The notes below the pieces were generated by a model. It was not told the DNA's origin. It ran no database searches and saw only the letters and a program-made list of their open reading frames with translations. Shown piece after piece: positions 37,083-47,100 of a DNA stretch of 64,000 bases; position 1 is the first letter of the stretch; every line of letters starts with the position of its first letter. Location of the stretch: positions 1-64,000 of IMG/VR virus record IMGVR_UViG_3300029957_000007; one strand, 5' to 3'. Source of the stretch: a virus. Position numbers and translations under genes: made by a program.

Positions 37083-38282
37083 ATGCCAAGGATCGAACAA
37101 CCACGCTCACCGATCACTGGTGAGATCCTTACAGCTGATTCGCTCGAGATCGCTGCTCAAGAACACGGCATCGATCTCGCGTCTACATCAGTTGGGCGGA
37201 TGTTTGACATGGGTGTTGAGAAGCTTGCCGCCAAAAAGCGGCAAGCTTCTCTCACTCGTAAGCCGAAGCGCATTGCTGCCATCAAGAAACAAGCAGCTGA
37301 AGGTGATCCTATTCAGATCGAGTTCGAAGGCAAGATCTACACGGCGACTCCTGAACATGAAGGTGGTTACTACATCTTCAATGATGGATCTGGCCGTGAT
37401 GGTCTGTGCTTTGCTTATGACGACATCAGTCACGGAGTCGTTCAGATCTACGATTCTGGTGACGAAGTCGATCTGGCGAAGGTTATCAAAGAAGGTGCGC
37501 TCAAGCAGAAGGCTGACAATGGCTGGACGAAGACATACAACGATCCTGAAGTCGGTGACAGAGTCACTTTCGATCTCCATGGTGAGATGAAGGAAGGTAT
37601 CTGCACAGAGCCTTGGGATGAGTCTTCTGACTATTGCCGTGTGAAGACGAGCGATGGACAAGAGGAGATCGTCAACGTCAGTCAAGTGAAAGACGTCTTC
37701 GTCAAGACTGCTGGTTTGATGAGCGGCAATTTCAGCGAAGATCATGAAGAGGAAAACAAAGAGAATGAAGAACCAAAGTACGATCGCTATGAAGATGAGA
37801 ATGGCAAAGGTGGGAAGCCTATCACCGCAGCACTTCCGAATGGAATGCGTTTCTACAATGAAAAGAAGCAGAGCTATATGACGTTGGATCATAGCGACTC
37901 TGACTCATATACTTTCGCCTTAGACAGCGGAAGTATGTTGACATATACAAAGGAACAGTTCTCTGATCGCTTAAGAGATGGTATTGTCACAAAAGCTTCA
38001 ATGAAGCGTAAGGATGGAGCTACAATCACAGCTGCTCGTAAGATCACGATCAAATACAAAGGCGAGGAGATCGAAGCAAAACAAGGCTCGAATTCTGACG
38101 AATGGAACTTCAGCTACAATGGTCAGAAGCTTGGTTTGATCTTGGGTGAGGACGAAAAGGCTGGTGGCGTTGTCGATGAACAAGGCAATGAAGCTGGAAC
38201 TGCTCGTTTGATCTCACCATCGAACACATCAGAAGCTGCAAAGAGAACAGCTTACGCTGCAAAGCGTAGAGCCAGAGCTTAA
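37083..38282 (+). CDS. probable head-associated modular protein with KRTA-type linkers
   Basis: KKRQAS, KKQAA, KQKAD, VKTAG, TKASMKRK, AAKRTAY; module EVGDRVTFDLHGEMKEG. Confidence 0.75.
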   Translation: MPRIEQPRSPITGEILTADSLEIAAQEHGIDLASTSVGRMFDMGVEKLAAKKRQASLTRKPKRIAAIKKQAAEGDPIQIEFEGKIYTATPEHEGGYYIFNDGSGRDGLCFAYDDISHGVVQIYDSGDEVDLAKVIKEGALKQKADNGWTKTYNDPEVGDRVTFDLHGEMKEGICTEPWDESSDYCRVKTSDGQEEIVNVSQVKDVFVKTAGLMSGNFSEDHEEENKENEEPKYDRYEDENGKGGKPITAALPNGMRFYNEKKQSYMTLDHSDSDSYTFALDSGSMLTYTKEQFSDRLRDGIVTKASMKRKDGATITAARKITIKYKGEEIEAKQGSNSDEWNFSYNGQKLGLILGEDEKAGGVVDEQGNEAGTARLISPSNTSEAAKRTAYAAKRRARA

Positions 38283-38289
38283 AAGAAGC

Positions 38290-38341
38290 TGGTGGCTCAC
38301 AGCCTACCAGTGAGAAATCGCTGGTAGGATGATTGCCATCA
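38290..38341 (+). other. intergenic extended hairpin before portal gene
   Basis: cctaccagtga-GAAA-tcgctggtagg (11 bp) plus outer tggtggc / gccatca stem. Confidence 0.6.
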
Positions 38342-38356
38342 ACCATGGAGTAATCA

Positions 38357-40057
38357 ATGCCTCGCATCCCTTCAGATGATAAGCGAATTATCATGGCATC
38401 GAAAGGATTGGAAGGCGAGATGCGTCAAGCTCAGTCAGTGAGGCGAGTGCCAGGTTCAGCTGGTATTCATCACGGTCTTGGGAGACGCAAAGCTAATTTC
38501 GCCGACGTTACCCTTTCAGCGCCTGAAGTTCGCAACCCTCTCCTCAACATCGTCAACTTCTATCTTCCGCAGAATTACAAGGTCCTCAATCAATGGGTGC
38601 GTTACTACGACACCTTCAATGAGCTCATTGGTAACTGCGTTGATGCTCACGCTGAATACCCAATCTCTCAATTTCATTTCGATGGCATTGATGATGAGGT
38701 GATCTTAAGAGCGTATGACGAACTCGCTGAGGAGCTTGATCTTTTCAATGTGATCTTGGCTATGTCTCGTGAATATGAGCTCATCGGTGAGACGTTCCCA
38801 TTTGCTCATTGGGACAAGAACCTGAATCGTTGGGACAAGATCACGATCTTGAACCCGGATTATGTGGTCATCAATCAAGCCTATCTCGCTTACAAGAACG
38901 AGATTAAGGTTGAGCTAGAGCCAGATGAAGACACTAAACGTTTGGTGCACTCAACCGATCCACGAGATCTTGAGCTTAGAAGTGGTTTGGATCCAATGAT
39001 CATTCGTGCTGTGGAGGAAGGGACTAACATCCCAATAGATTCCTTCTCAGTAGCTCAGATCGCAAGAAAGTCTTCACCATACGAACCAAGAGGCAAGACG
39101 CCAATCTTGAGAGCGTTGAAGACATTGCTCTATGATGACAAACTGATCGAGCTGCAGCAATCAATCGCTGACAACATGATCACACCTCGTCAGATCTGGA
39201 AACTTGGCGATCCACAGAACGACTACATGCCAGGCGACGAGGAGATCGAGGACTTCAGAGCACTGTTGGATCGACTGCATGGTGATCCAAATGCTCAGAT
39301 CGTTACGCACTACGGTACTCAGTTAGAGCTGATCGGTTATAATGGTAAGATCCAACCGATCATTCAAGAGCGCCAGTACAATGAAGAGCGCATCTTGATG
39401 GCGATGTACACTAACAAGTCGGTACTGAAGGGCGAAGGCCCAGGTTTCTCGTCAGGTCCTCAGGTTGCTTTCCAATACCTGCAAGGACGCTATATGTCGA
39501 AGCGCCACAAGATCGTGGCTTACCTTCGAGACAAGATCTTCATTCCATTCGCTATTGCAAATGGCTTCTGGAAGAAGACTGATAAGGGTCGCGAGCTCAT
39601 TCTGCCTGAATTTGTTTGGGATCAGAAACTCGATCTTGTGGAAGACACAGCGAAGAAGCAGTATGTTATGCAGCTTCGTGATCGTCTACAAGTTTCGGCT
39701 CGCACTCTGTACGAAACGCTTGGGATGGATGCCAAGCAGGAGATCAAACGTCTCGGGGAGGAACGTGGCACTCCGATCGATCCTGTCGAGATTGAAAAGT
39801 ACAAGAAGCAAGGTGCGATGGACAGCGCTACTCAACTTGAGAAGAAACTTCCCGGCGTTGACAAGGATCCATCGGTTCAACAAGAGATCGTGAAACAAAC
39901 GCTAACACCAAGCAAAGAGCCAAGTGGTAGCGCTCCAAAAGCTCCTTCTGATGAGAGCAAGATCAAGGCGCCAAACACGCCAGGTCAGAAAGAAGGAGCT
40001 AAAGCAAATTTTCTGAAGGTGAGTCGGGCTTCGCTTTTCGCTTCGGAAGAAGTCTAA
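38357..40057 (+). CDS. portal protein
   Basis: 566 aa, between TerL and the MuF-like gene; wing/stem-like pattern (RG.TPILRALK, RQIWKLG.P, F..LL...) and charged C-terminal crown. Confidence 0.75.
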   Translation: MPRIPSDDKRIIMASKGLEGEMRQAQSVRRVPGSAGIHHGLGRRKANFADVTLSAPEVRNPLLNIVNFYLPQNYKVLNQWVRYYDTFNELIGNCVDAHAEYPISQFHFDGIDDEVILRAYDELAEELDLFNVILAMSREYELIGETFPFAHWDKNLNRWDKITILNPDYVVINQAYLAYKNEIKVELEPDEDTKRLVHSTDPRDLELRSGLDPMIIRAVEEGTNIPIDSFSVAQIARKSSPYEPRGKTPILRALKTLLYDDKLIELQQSIADNMITPRQIWKLGDPQNDYMPGDEEIEDFRALLDRLHGDPNAQIVTHYGTQLELIGYNGKIQPIIQERQYNEERILMAMYTNKSVLKGEGPGFSSGPQVAFQYLQGRYMSKRHKIVAYLRDKIFIPFAIANGFWKKTDKGRELILPEFVWDQKLDLVEDTAKKQYVMQLRDRLQVSARTLYETLGMDAKQEIKRLGEERGTPIDPVEIEKYKKQGAMDSATQLEKKLPGVDKDPSVQQEIVKQTLTPSKEPSGSAPKAPSDESKIKAPNTPGQKEGAKANFLKVSRASLFASEEV

Positions 40058-40110
40058 CAGTCGACAGCCACGGTGAAGCGATTTATCGCTCAGCAGCGTG
40101 GTATGATCGA

Positions 40111-41478
40111 TTGAAGCAGACTAAGATCGATGAGAAAAGCAAGGGTCTGATTCAAGACCTTGAGGAAGCCTTACTCACCAAACTCGAGAAGAATGGTAAT
40201 CCATTCGTCAAAGGGCTCGTTGATCAAGATACGATCACAGTCAATGATTTGACGAATGGAGTTCTTCAATCGTGTGAGGATAACTCAGTTGGCGTGAAGG
40301 AAGTGCTAGATGACTACCTTCAAAAGATCCGACTGAGAGCTAAAGAGCACGCTTTGAAGATGATTGGCAAGCCTAAAATCGCTGGTATTGTTCGTACTGC
40401 TGCCAGCAGTTTTGAGGACTCAGTCAATCAAGCTTTCGAAGCAATTGATGGTATCCCTGCAGAGATCGTTGAGAAGATCAAGGCCGAATGGCTTGAGTCA
40501 GGCGGCGAGAACAACATGATCCCTCAATTGATCAAGAAAGAATTGTCAGAGTTCAAAGATGAAGGCTTCAGCAAGAAGGAACTGCGTGAAGCGCTCTATG
40601 AACTCTGGGAAAAGCAGAAAACCGTCTACAAACGAATTGTGCGAACGACAACGATCAACGCATATGCTAAGTCACAGCTCGAAGAATGGGATGCACAAGG
40701 CATTGCTGAAGTGGAACGGCATTGTATTGATGATCACAGAACTTGTCAGATCTGTAGGATGCTGTGTGCACCTGGCCGTAATCGGTATACCATCAAAGAG
40801 TTGCTTGGCTTTGATGATCCGATTACTTATGCCTCACATCCTCAATGCAGAGACTTCTACACTCCAGTTGTTGATTGGCAATCACTCGACGAGTACTTCA
40901 CTGAGCCATTGGTTGATGTAGACGTCGACGATGCTGAGATCTCGAATCTTCCAACTTCACTGCAAGAGCAAGTTGAAGAGCTAAGCAAACGTGTTGATCT
41001 TGAAGGTGTGATTGAATTCGTGCCTGACATTGTCGACACAGTTGAATGGCAGGAAGATAGATTCAATGAGCATCGTGATGCTGGGTATGGACAACGTGAA
41101 GCATTGCAAATGGTTGAGATGGAGAAGGAAGATCTTCGCGGGACACTCATCACATATGAGAATCCTGAGAAGATGCTGATCTCTGGACAAGCCGTTGATG
41201 CTTCATCGTTTGCCTACAGCATGGTGGTCTCACAAGCTTCACAAGCTTGGAGAGATGCAGACAAAGGTGAGTGGCGCACTATGTACGAAGAACATCTCGC
41301 ACATGATCTTCCATTCATCACGTTCGATGCTGAACAGAACGCTGAAGCGTACTTTGTAGAATGCTTCATTGCATTCGTCACCAACCCATATAGGTTGCTA
41401 ACCATAGACGAAGAAGCCTACACAACCATGACGGAAGTGACTGGCAAGGACTTCTTCGAGTTAGGAGCTGTACGGTAA
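40111..41478 (+). CDS. head morphogenesis protein (MuF/SPP1 gp7-like) with C-terminal extension
   Basis: RIVRT...D.RTCQICRML...HPQCR after the portal gene; C-terminal EAYFVECFIAFVTNPYRL. Confidence 0.8.
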   Translation: MKQTKIDEKSKGLIQDLEEALLTKLEKNGNPFVKGLVDQDTITVNDLTNGVLQSCEDNSVGVKEVLDDYLQKIRLRAKEHALKMIGKPKIAGIVRTAASSFEDSVNQAFEAIDGIPAEIVEKIKAEWLESGGENNMIPQLIKKELSEFKDEGFSKKELREALYELWEKQKTVYKRIVRTTTINAYAKSQLEEWDAQGIAEVERHCIDDHRTCQICRMLCAPGRNRYTIKELLGFDDPITYASHPQCRDFYTPVVDWQSLDEYFTEPLVDVDVDDAEISNLPTSLQEQVEELSKRVDLEGVIEFVPDIVDTVEWQEDRFNEHRDAGYGQREALQMVEMEKEDLRGTLITYENPEKMLISGQAVDASSFAYSMVVSQASQAWRDADKGEWRTMYEEHLAHDLPFITFDAEQNAEAYFVECFIAFVTNPYRLLTIDEEAYTTMTEVTGKDFFELGAVR

Positions 41479-41771
41479 TGGACATCGACTCAGAGGCAAG
41501 GGCCTTTGCTGCCAGGAAGGATCGCCGAAAGGTATTCCTTCCTGGCAGAAGGCAAGACATCGATCTCGAAACTGTGAGAGAAACACTCATCAAGCTTCGA
41601 GAAGTAAAGGATGGGATGTGGAAAGAGAAAGTGATCACATCCGATCCGAAACATGCTGCAATGATCGTTGAGGCTATTAACGAGGTAAACCTCAAGATCG
41701 CTGACTATGAAAACCAACTCAAGGTGCTCAATGCTAGACCTCGAACAGGTGAACGACAAACTGGTCGCTAA
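41478..41771 (+). CDS. hypothetical protein
   Basis: TAATG overlap, 97 aa. Confidence 0.6.
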   Translation: MDIDSEARAFAARKDRRKVFLPGRRQDIDLETVRETLIKLREVKDGMWKEKVITSDPKHAAMIVEAINEVNLKIADYENQLKVLNARPRTGERQTGR

Positions 41772-42150
41772 GGTGGCCAATCATCGTGCGCTCATTCTTC
41801 GTCTCAGTAAGATGAAGAATGAAGATGTGTACGACAAACGATCTCGCTGCAGACTTTGCGGTAAGACAGTGAAGTCACGCAAGCTAGAAGATCATGCACA
41901 TCCATGCCTTTACGTACTTGCTCATCACGTTCCGAAGACCAATCGGGACCTCAAAGCAATGACCTGGCGTAAGATACACGTCAGGCTGAGCAGATTGAAG
42001 CCTGAACCGTCCTGGGTGGAAAGAATAGTGCTCCAGGGACTGGTTTGGATGGACAAAATTGATCATTACCGCACAGTTGATGCGATGGTCAAATGGTTAG
42101 AGCTTCATGGCTTCATCGTTTACGGAGTGCGAAAAAATGCGCGTTCCTAA
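41707..42150 (+). CDS. hypothetical protein with CxxC/HxH motif (start uncertain)
   Basis: CRLCG...HAH. Confidence 0.55.
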   Translation: MKTNSRCSMLDLEQVNDKLVAKVANHRALILRLSKMKNEDVYDKRSRCRLCGKTVKSRKLEDHAHPCLYVLAHHVPKTNRDLKAMTWRKIHVRLSRLKPEPSWVERIVLQGLVWMDKIDHYRTVDAMVKWLELHGFIVYGVRKNARS

Positions 42151-42376
42151 AGCTGATCTCAAGATCACGCAACAAGCGATTGAAGACGAGCTGTGGAAGA
42201 CTCTCCACAAATACGTAGGCAAGCCTAACAGCGAAGCAACGCAGCGGAAGATCATTAAGCTCACAGCAAAGATGATCGCCAATGGCATTCGTTTCAGAAT
42301 CGGTGTAAGCAACTCCGATACGAACCCTGGCAAGATCACTCTTGCTATTGAAGCCTACTTCAAAGGATCTTTCTGA
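42137..42376 (+). CDS. hypothetical protein
   Basis: ATG 42137 after GGAG. Confidence 0.6.
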   Translation: MRVPKADLKITQQAIEDELWKTLHKYVGKPNSEATQRKIIKLTAKMIANGIRFRIGVSNSDTNPGKITLAIEAYFKGSF

Positions 42377-42585
42377 TGGCAAAGCGAGAAAGTCTGCATG
42401 ATGCAGTCGCTGAGTTTAGAGAGAAACATAAACCGGTGCGTACAACGACGTGGGAGCTTCAGTTCAACTTCAGAAACTTGTGGATTGGTATCTATTGGGA
42501 GACGCATCCCAAACCTTACCGCAAGGACTTGTTCATCTGCTTCTTCCTCTTTGCGATTCACATCGTAACGAAGGAAGGGATCTGA
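42376..42585 (+). CDS. hypothetical protein
   Basis: TGATG overlap; hydrophobic C-terminus. Confidence 0.6.
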   Translation: MAKRESLHDAVAEFREKHKPVRTTTWELQFNFRNLWIGIYWETHPKPYRKDLFICFFLFAIHIVTKEGI

Positions 42586-42599
42586 CTAAGAGGATTGGC

Positions 42600-43019
42600 A
42601 TGACTGACAAAGCGCAGTTCAAACGCTACGACCCAGATGCGAGTGCGAAAGAGGTGCTGTACGTCAATCCGTACCTTGAAGCTCAATTCGCCAAGCTCAA
42701 AACTGATGATGAGAAACGAGCATTGTTGGAGAAGCTGAAGGACGAGTGCAATGCACAGGTCTTTCGTTTCTTCAGTCGTTTCTACACATTGCAACACTAC
42801 GAAGAAACAGGCACAACATTTCGCCCAGAGACGATGCACACTGAGATGCTCATTGGTGAACCGATCATGGCTGCACCTATCTTAGTCGATCGCATCCTCT
42901 CACTCAAAGGCGACAAAACAAAGCTGAACACCAGAAATGGACGATTAGACTTCGGTGAGCGTGTGAACGACTACGGTTACCTGGAGTTCTACATCTTTTG
43001 GCATGGATTCTGGTCATGA
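42600..43019 (+). CDS. hypothetical protein
   Basis: GAGG SD, ATG 42600. Confidence 0.65.
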   Translation: MTDKAQFKRYDPDASAKEVLYVNPYLEAQFAKLKTDDEKRALLEKLKDECNAQVFRFFSRFYTLQHYEETGTTFRPETMHTEMLIGEPIMAAPILVDRILSLKGDKTKLNTRNGRLDFGERVNDYGYLEFYIFWHGFWS

Positions 43020-43210
43020 TCATAGACCAGATCGTAATCGACGACAAGATGCACAACTACACGCAAACAAGCGGTGGTAGCATTGTGCTCCTCGGTACTC
43101 ACAGCGAGGAAGAAGCTGCGATGGTGAAACAGAAGATCAGAACACAGATCAGTACAAAGAAACGCAGGCCAATCGTCACTACAGAGTTTTTTTACGGTCG
43201 AGTTTGGTAG
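43016..43210 (+). CDS. hypothetical protein; may extend to 43283 via a frameshift at a T7 run
   Basis: ATGA start overlap; the +1 frame after T7 (43187-43193) ends in a TGATG overlap with the next gene. Confidence 0.5.
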   Translation: MIIDQIVIDDKMHNYTQTSGGSIVLLGTHSEEEAAMVKQKIRTQISTKKRRPIVTTEFFYGRVW

Positions 43211-43282
43211 GCGATCAGGTAAGAGCAATGACTTACGAGATGCTCTTGCATATGCGTTTGGAATACCAGAGGAGATGCTTTG

Positions 43283-43786
43283 ATGTACAAGCCTGATTGG
43301 GGCTCTCCATTTCGTGATCAGAACAGCGAAGAATATGAGGCTAAGCCGGAATTCGTTCCTCGCCTCTTCACCTTCGACTGGATCATACACCTGAAGAACA
43401 TGCTTTTTGGCTATACGATCAATGCAACACTGAAAACTATCCTCTACAAGAGGAGACAGATGAGCAAGGAAGACGAGCTGAGAGAAAAAGAACGGCTTCT
43501 CGCTGCCGCTTTAAGCACGCAATCAGGCATCAAAAAGATAGGTGATGTGATTCACAAGCATATGGTTGGCGATTGGAAGAAGCTTGAGAGTCCAATACCC
43601 TGTCCTGACTGCAAATCGTTGAACACTGAGCATCGACTCGGACTCATGCAACACTGGTCTGGAGCTGCACATAGATGCCTCGACTGCGGACACTTCCATG
43701 TTGGATTACAGCCGATAAACAGAGGCTTCCTCATCGTAGAGAAGCTGGAAGATCAGAATGTGAAGGTGGACTATGAATACCCATAG
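43283..43786 (+). CDS. hypothetical protein with Zn ribbon
   Basis: CPDC...CLDCG. Confidence 0.65.
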   Translation: MYKPDWGSPFRDQNSEEYEAKPEFVPRLFTFDWIIHLKNMLFGYTINATLKTILYKRRQMSKEDELREKERLLAAALSTQSGIKKIGDVIHKHMVGDWKKLESPIPCPDCKSLNTEHRLGLMQHWSGAAHRCLDCGHFHVGLQPINRGFLIVEKLEDQNVKVDYEYP

Positions 43787-43943
43787 GCATGACCTCCTCA
43801 CACGTGATGGTGAACAGATCTTATCGCACCAATCAGAACCTGCAAACATTATCATCACAGCTCTACCTGGAAAGAGCATGATAGCAAATGTGTACGCCGT
43901 GCCTCACAAAGTAGAGTGGCTACATCTGAGCTTAAGCATATGA
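43773..43943 (+). CDS. small hypothetical protein (56 aa)
   Basis: Manual translation MNTHRHDLLTRDGEQI...; ATGA junction with the next gene. Confidence 0.45.
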   Translation: MNTHRHDLLTRDGEQILSHQSEPANIIITALPGKSMIANVYAVPHKVEWLHLSLSI

Positions 43944-44104
43944 GAGCCTTCAACACCAAAGAAGAAGCACTACGCACAAGAGACGGACAGGTAATAGAGA
44001 GGATAGATTATAAGAACAGAGAGATATGGGTGCAGGTAGGGTTCAATGCATTCGGTATATTCGGTAAGAGAGTAGTAGTGCGGACAGATACGTTGTTGCG
44101 CTAG
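43940..44104 (+). CDS. small hypothetical protein
   Basis: ATG 43940. Confidence 0.5.
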   Translation: MRAFNTKEEALRTRDGQVIERIDYKNREIWVQVGFNAFGIFGKRVVVRTDTLLR

Positions 44105-44272
44105 TCGCTCGTTTGCCTTAATTAGCGCTGTAAACGTGTGGAATGTGTGTGTGCAATCAAGACAAGACGATCACTGTAGGCAGGCGTAGGCGTTAGGACT
44201 GGGCATTCTAACGTTTTGTTGTTTTACAAGCACTGTACATGGGAAGACCAAGACAACTGGAGCTATACTGAC

Positions 44273-44635
44273 ATGACGGACAAACAACTGAAATTGCAGG
44301 ATGTGAAGGCTCTCGTCTTCCAATGGTTAGACGGTATGAAGTATCGTCGAGCTGATTGGAAGGACTACGTCACATTCGAAGACGAAGTGAAGGGGTTCTT
44401 TAAGATCACACTGTGGACAAACGAGTTCAAGTACACGATCACAGTGTCGGCCGAAAAGAACTACATCGCTTGTTACGCTCAACATCGAAAGATCAGGCCA
44501 GGCGATACGACTCCGAAAGCAAATGATCTACACAGCGGTAAAGTCGAAAAAGCAACATTCGATCAGATCATGCTGGACATCGTCTCTTACGAGCTGGTGA
44601 GCATCTTCAAAAAGCCTAAAGCCGAAGAGGTGTAG
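44273..44635 (+). CDS. hypothetical protein
   Basis: GGAG SD, ATG 44273. Confidence 0.7.
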   Translation: MTDKQLKLQDVKALVFQWLDGMKYRRADWKDYVTFEDEVKGFFKITLWTNEFKYTITVSAEKNYIACYAQHRKIRPGDTTPKANDLHSGKVEKATFDQIMLDIVSYELVSIFKKPKAEEV

Positions 44636-44637
44636 CG

Positions 44638-45087
44638 ATGAGCGACGAGACGAAAGGCGATTTGAACCTGCCTGAGATATTCCACGACATGGACGGATCT
44701 TCACACACAGCGGCGTTCAGTTCAAGACCAAATCTGCAAGAGGAGATCGTTGGGTTTGGTGACACATCGGTAGAAGCGGTAAAGAACTTGCTAGAGCAAT
44801 GCTCACAATCTCTTCAACAAACAGAAATTGCTGCATGCAGAGCTTGGTTGAGGATCAACGCTCCACCTGAAAAGGGTGTGATGACGATCAGCAACATGAT
44901 CAAGCAGCTTGAGTACGTGAAGAATACATACGGCGATGGAAAGGTTGTGTTGGTGTACGATCACTCAAAAGGTGGTGCACCTTCTGACACTCCTGAGAAC
45001 TGCACTCAAGACGAGAACATCTTCTTCTCGAGTGTCGGACAGCCGGACGGATCGTTTGAGTTGTGGCTTCAGAACTTTCCGTACTGA
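44638..45087 (+). CDS. hypothetical protein
   Basis: 149 aa, GAGGTG SD. Confidence 0.7.
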   Translation: MSDETKGDLNLPEIFHDMDGSSHTAAFSSRPNLQEEIVGFGDTSVEAVKNLLEQCSQSLQQTEIAACRAWLRINAPPEKGVMTISNMIKQLEYVKNTYGDGKVVLVYDHSKGGAPSDTPENCTQDENIFFSSVGQPDGSFELWLQNFPY

Positions 45088-45088
45088 C

Positions 45089-45385
45089 ATGTCTGTACTT
45101 CTTCTTTTCATCCTCATCGGATTCATCGCTGGTTTTGTCGTTGGAGCGATACACGAAAGACGTGATGCTAGAGAGCGTAGCAGAGCGGTGTACCCACACG
45201 ACATATTTCCAGTTGGGAGCATGACGACGCTCAAACAGCTAGAAGACGACATGAAAGCAGAGCGAGAAACACACAAGCCATGCGGTTGTTTACGCAATGG
45301 TGAATGCATTCATGTAGGCAGGCCTAAGCACAAACAAGCTTCTGCTCATGAGATCTTCAAAGCACTCGGTGGCAAAGACATGTAG
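45089..45385 (+). CDS. membrane-anchored hypothetical protein
   Basis: N-terminal TM helix VLLLFILIGFIAGFVVGAI. Confidence 0.65.
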   Translation: MSVLLLFILIGFIAGFVVGAIHERRDARERSRAVYPHDIFPVGSMTTLKQLEDDMKAERETHKPCGCLRNGECIHVGRPKHKQASAHEIFKALGGKDM

Positions 45386-45394
45386 GAGGCGGCA

Positions 45395-45508
45395 GTGTAC
45401 AGCATTGAAGTTGTACATGCAATGAGGCTTGGTTTCGTTTTAGGCTTCATCGCTGGAGCACTGCTGATCGGATTCATCTGGTTTGTGAGATCTGACCCGG
45501 AAAACTAA
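45395..45508 (+). CDS. small membrane protein (37 aa)
   Basis: GGAGG SD, GTG start, LGFVLGFIAGALLIGFIWFV. Confidence 0.55.
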   Translation: MYSIEVVHAMRLGFVLGFIAGALLIGFIWFVRSDPEN

Positions 45509-45534
45509 ACGCACCACTGACTAAGGAGAACGAC

Positions 45535-45972
45535 ATGAAAATCGGAGAGCTGCCAAAGACGCTGGAAGACAAGAGGAAATGGTTTGAGCATTACACACGA
45601 GTCGATGTGATCGCTCACATCCTCAACAACGAACGCTGCACCACGTTCGACGACATCACGAAAGACGAGCTGATGACGCTCTTCCTCGCCAAATGTGCAA
45701 TGGCGGCAGAGGATCAAGATCTCCTCACTAAGATGACGACCAGCAACAACGCCAATGCTAAGAACTTTGAAGCATCGCAAAGAGAAGTAAGAAACATGCA
45801 CCAAAGAATTGCTGATGCTCAAGATCTTTGCAAGTCGCAAGCAGTATTGCAAAGTGAGAACATGTTCCTGCGTGGCTTGGTGGAGAAGCTGACAGACAGA
45901 GAATTTAGCTTCGAGGACAGCGGCCTCAAGTTCAAGCTTGGTAGCAACGACAAGAAAGTGGAGCCGTCGTGA
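45535..45972 (+). CDS. hypothetical coiled-coil protein
   Basis: AAGGAG SD. Confidence 0.7.
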   Translation: MKIGELPKTLEDKRKWFEHYTRVDVIAHILNNERCTTFDDITKDELMTLFLAKCAMAAEDQDLLTKMTTSNNANAKNFEASQREVRNMHQRIADAQDLCKSQAVLQSENMFLRGLVEKLTDREFSFEDSGLKFKLGSNDKKVEPS

Positions 45973-46427
45973 TAAGGCTGCTGAGCGACTTGCTTTGGAC
46001 ATACCGCTTCCAACGCTTTGCGACAGAGCGCATCATTCATACGTTGGAACAGAGCCACACGTTAGAAAGCTTTGAAACTTCGAAGGAAAAGGCGGTGCGT
46101 GTTGCATCAGCACTGCAAACGCAAACAGGTTGCTATATGCTGTTGAACAAGATGTTGATGCCTTATCATTTTTACAACAGCGAACACCGCAAGATCGAGA
46201 GACGTGAGACGTACCTCGAAACGACGCTTGGTTGGTGGATCGTGTTGTACCGTATCAACAACTGGAAGCGTGATAACGAATGTGCATGGCAATGCATCTT
46301 CCTTCCAACACGCAAAGAGGAAGACCTTGACGAATCTGCACAACAAGCAGTAGAACAGATCAGAACTGCAGCGCAGATACAACGTGAAGCTGAAGCCTTT
46401 CACACACCATCGAAAGCAGGTGGATGA
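45969..46427 (+). CDS. hypothetical protein
   Basis: GTGA overlap, 152 aa. Confidence 0.65.
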   Translation: MIRLLSDLLWTYRFQRFATERIIHTLEQSHTLESFETSKEKAVRVASALQTQTGCYMLLNKMLMPYHFYNSEHRKIERRETYLETTLGWWIVLYRINNWKRDNECAWQCIFLPTRKEEDLDESAQQAVEQIRTAAQIQREAEAFHTPSKAGG

Positions 46428-46834
46428 TGAGCATCCTTGACACATTACAACAAGAGCTCAACGAACTGCCTAAGATCGGTACTGACGAGCAATGGGCAGA
46501 ATTCGTTAGACAGAAGATAAGAAGCTGGAAACGTGAATTCGTTAGCAACAGACTGCACGATGTGTTGTCAAACGAATTCGGAAAGATCGAGAAAGAGCGA
46601 GAGCCGGTAGATGAGATGATCATCTCTCCTTTTGCAACATCGGTGTTCAGAGAATTTGACATGCTTGATCCTCACTCGATGGAAGCAATGCAAGAGGTGA
46701 GGAAGACAGGCATCCTCGGTAAGTTCTGGCAAGCACTGTTGAAGGTAGATGATAAGATGTCGAGAACTGAGATCAAGTTAGTTGGAAGAAAAGGAACGGT
46801 GAGGATTGTGAACATCGCTGAGTTCATGCAGTGA
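46424..46834 (+). CDS. hypothetical protein
   Basis: 136 aa. Confidence 0.65.
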   Translation: MMSILDTLQQELNELPKIGTDEQWAEFVRQKIRSWKREFVSNRLHDVLSNEFGKIEKEREPVDEMIISPFATSVFREFDMLDPHSMEAMQEVRKTGILGKFWQALLKVDDKMSRTEIKLVGRKGTVRIVNIAEFMQ

Positions 46835-47061
46835 TGGGCACTCTGCGAGTTCAAACAAGCAAGCCGATTGATGGGACAACAAAATGGATAGGTTTACCCG
46901 TCAGTCGCAACTTCAAAGAACGCATTGGGACAGTGGTTGCAGAGTCAGGCGACACATTGACGCTGGAGATCACAGACGCAGCGGTCATCAAAGAGATGGA
47001 AGCGAATGTGAAGATCAGCATGGGGACATCGTTTGACATCACTACTTCTCAGAGGCAGTGA
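46834..47061 (+). CDS. hypothetical protein
   Basis: TGATG overlap. Confidence 0.6.
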   Translation: MGTLRVQTSKPIDGTTKWIGLPVSRNFKERIGTVVAESGDTLTLEITDAAVIKEMEANVKISMGTSFDITTSQRQ

Positions 47062-47070
47062 TGATTTCAA

Positions 47071-47100
47071 TTGACATCAATCATCAGCACACAGTATTGT
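47071..47100 (+). promoter_or_regulatory. sigma70-like promoter
   Basis: TTGACA (47071-76), 18-nt spacer, TATTGT (47095-100), in an intergenic gap. Confidence 0.5.
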
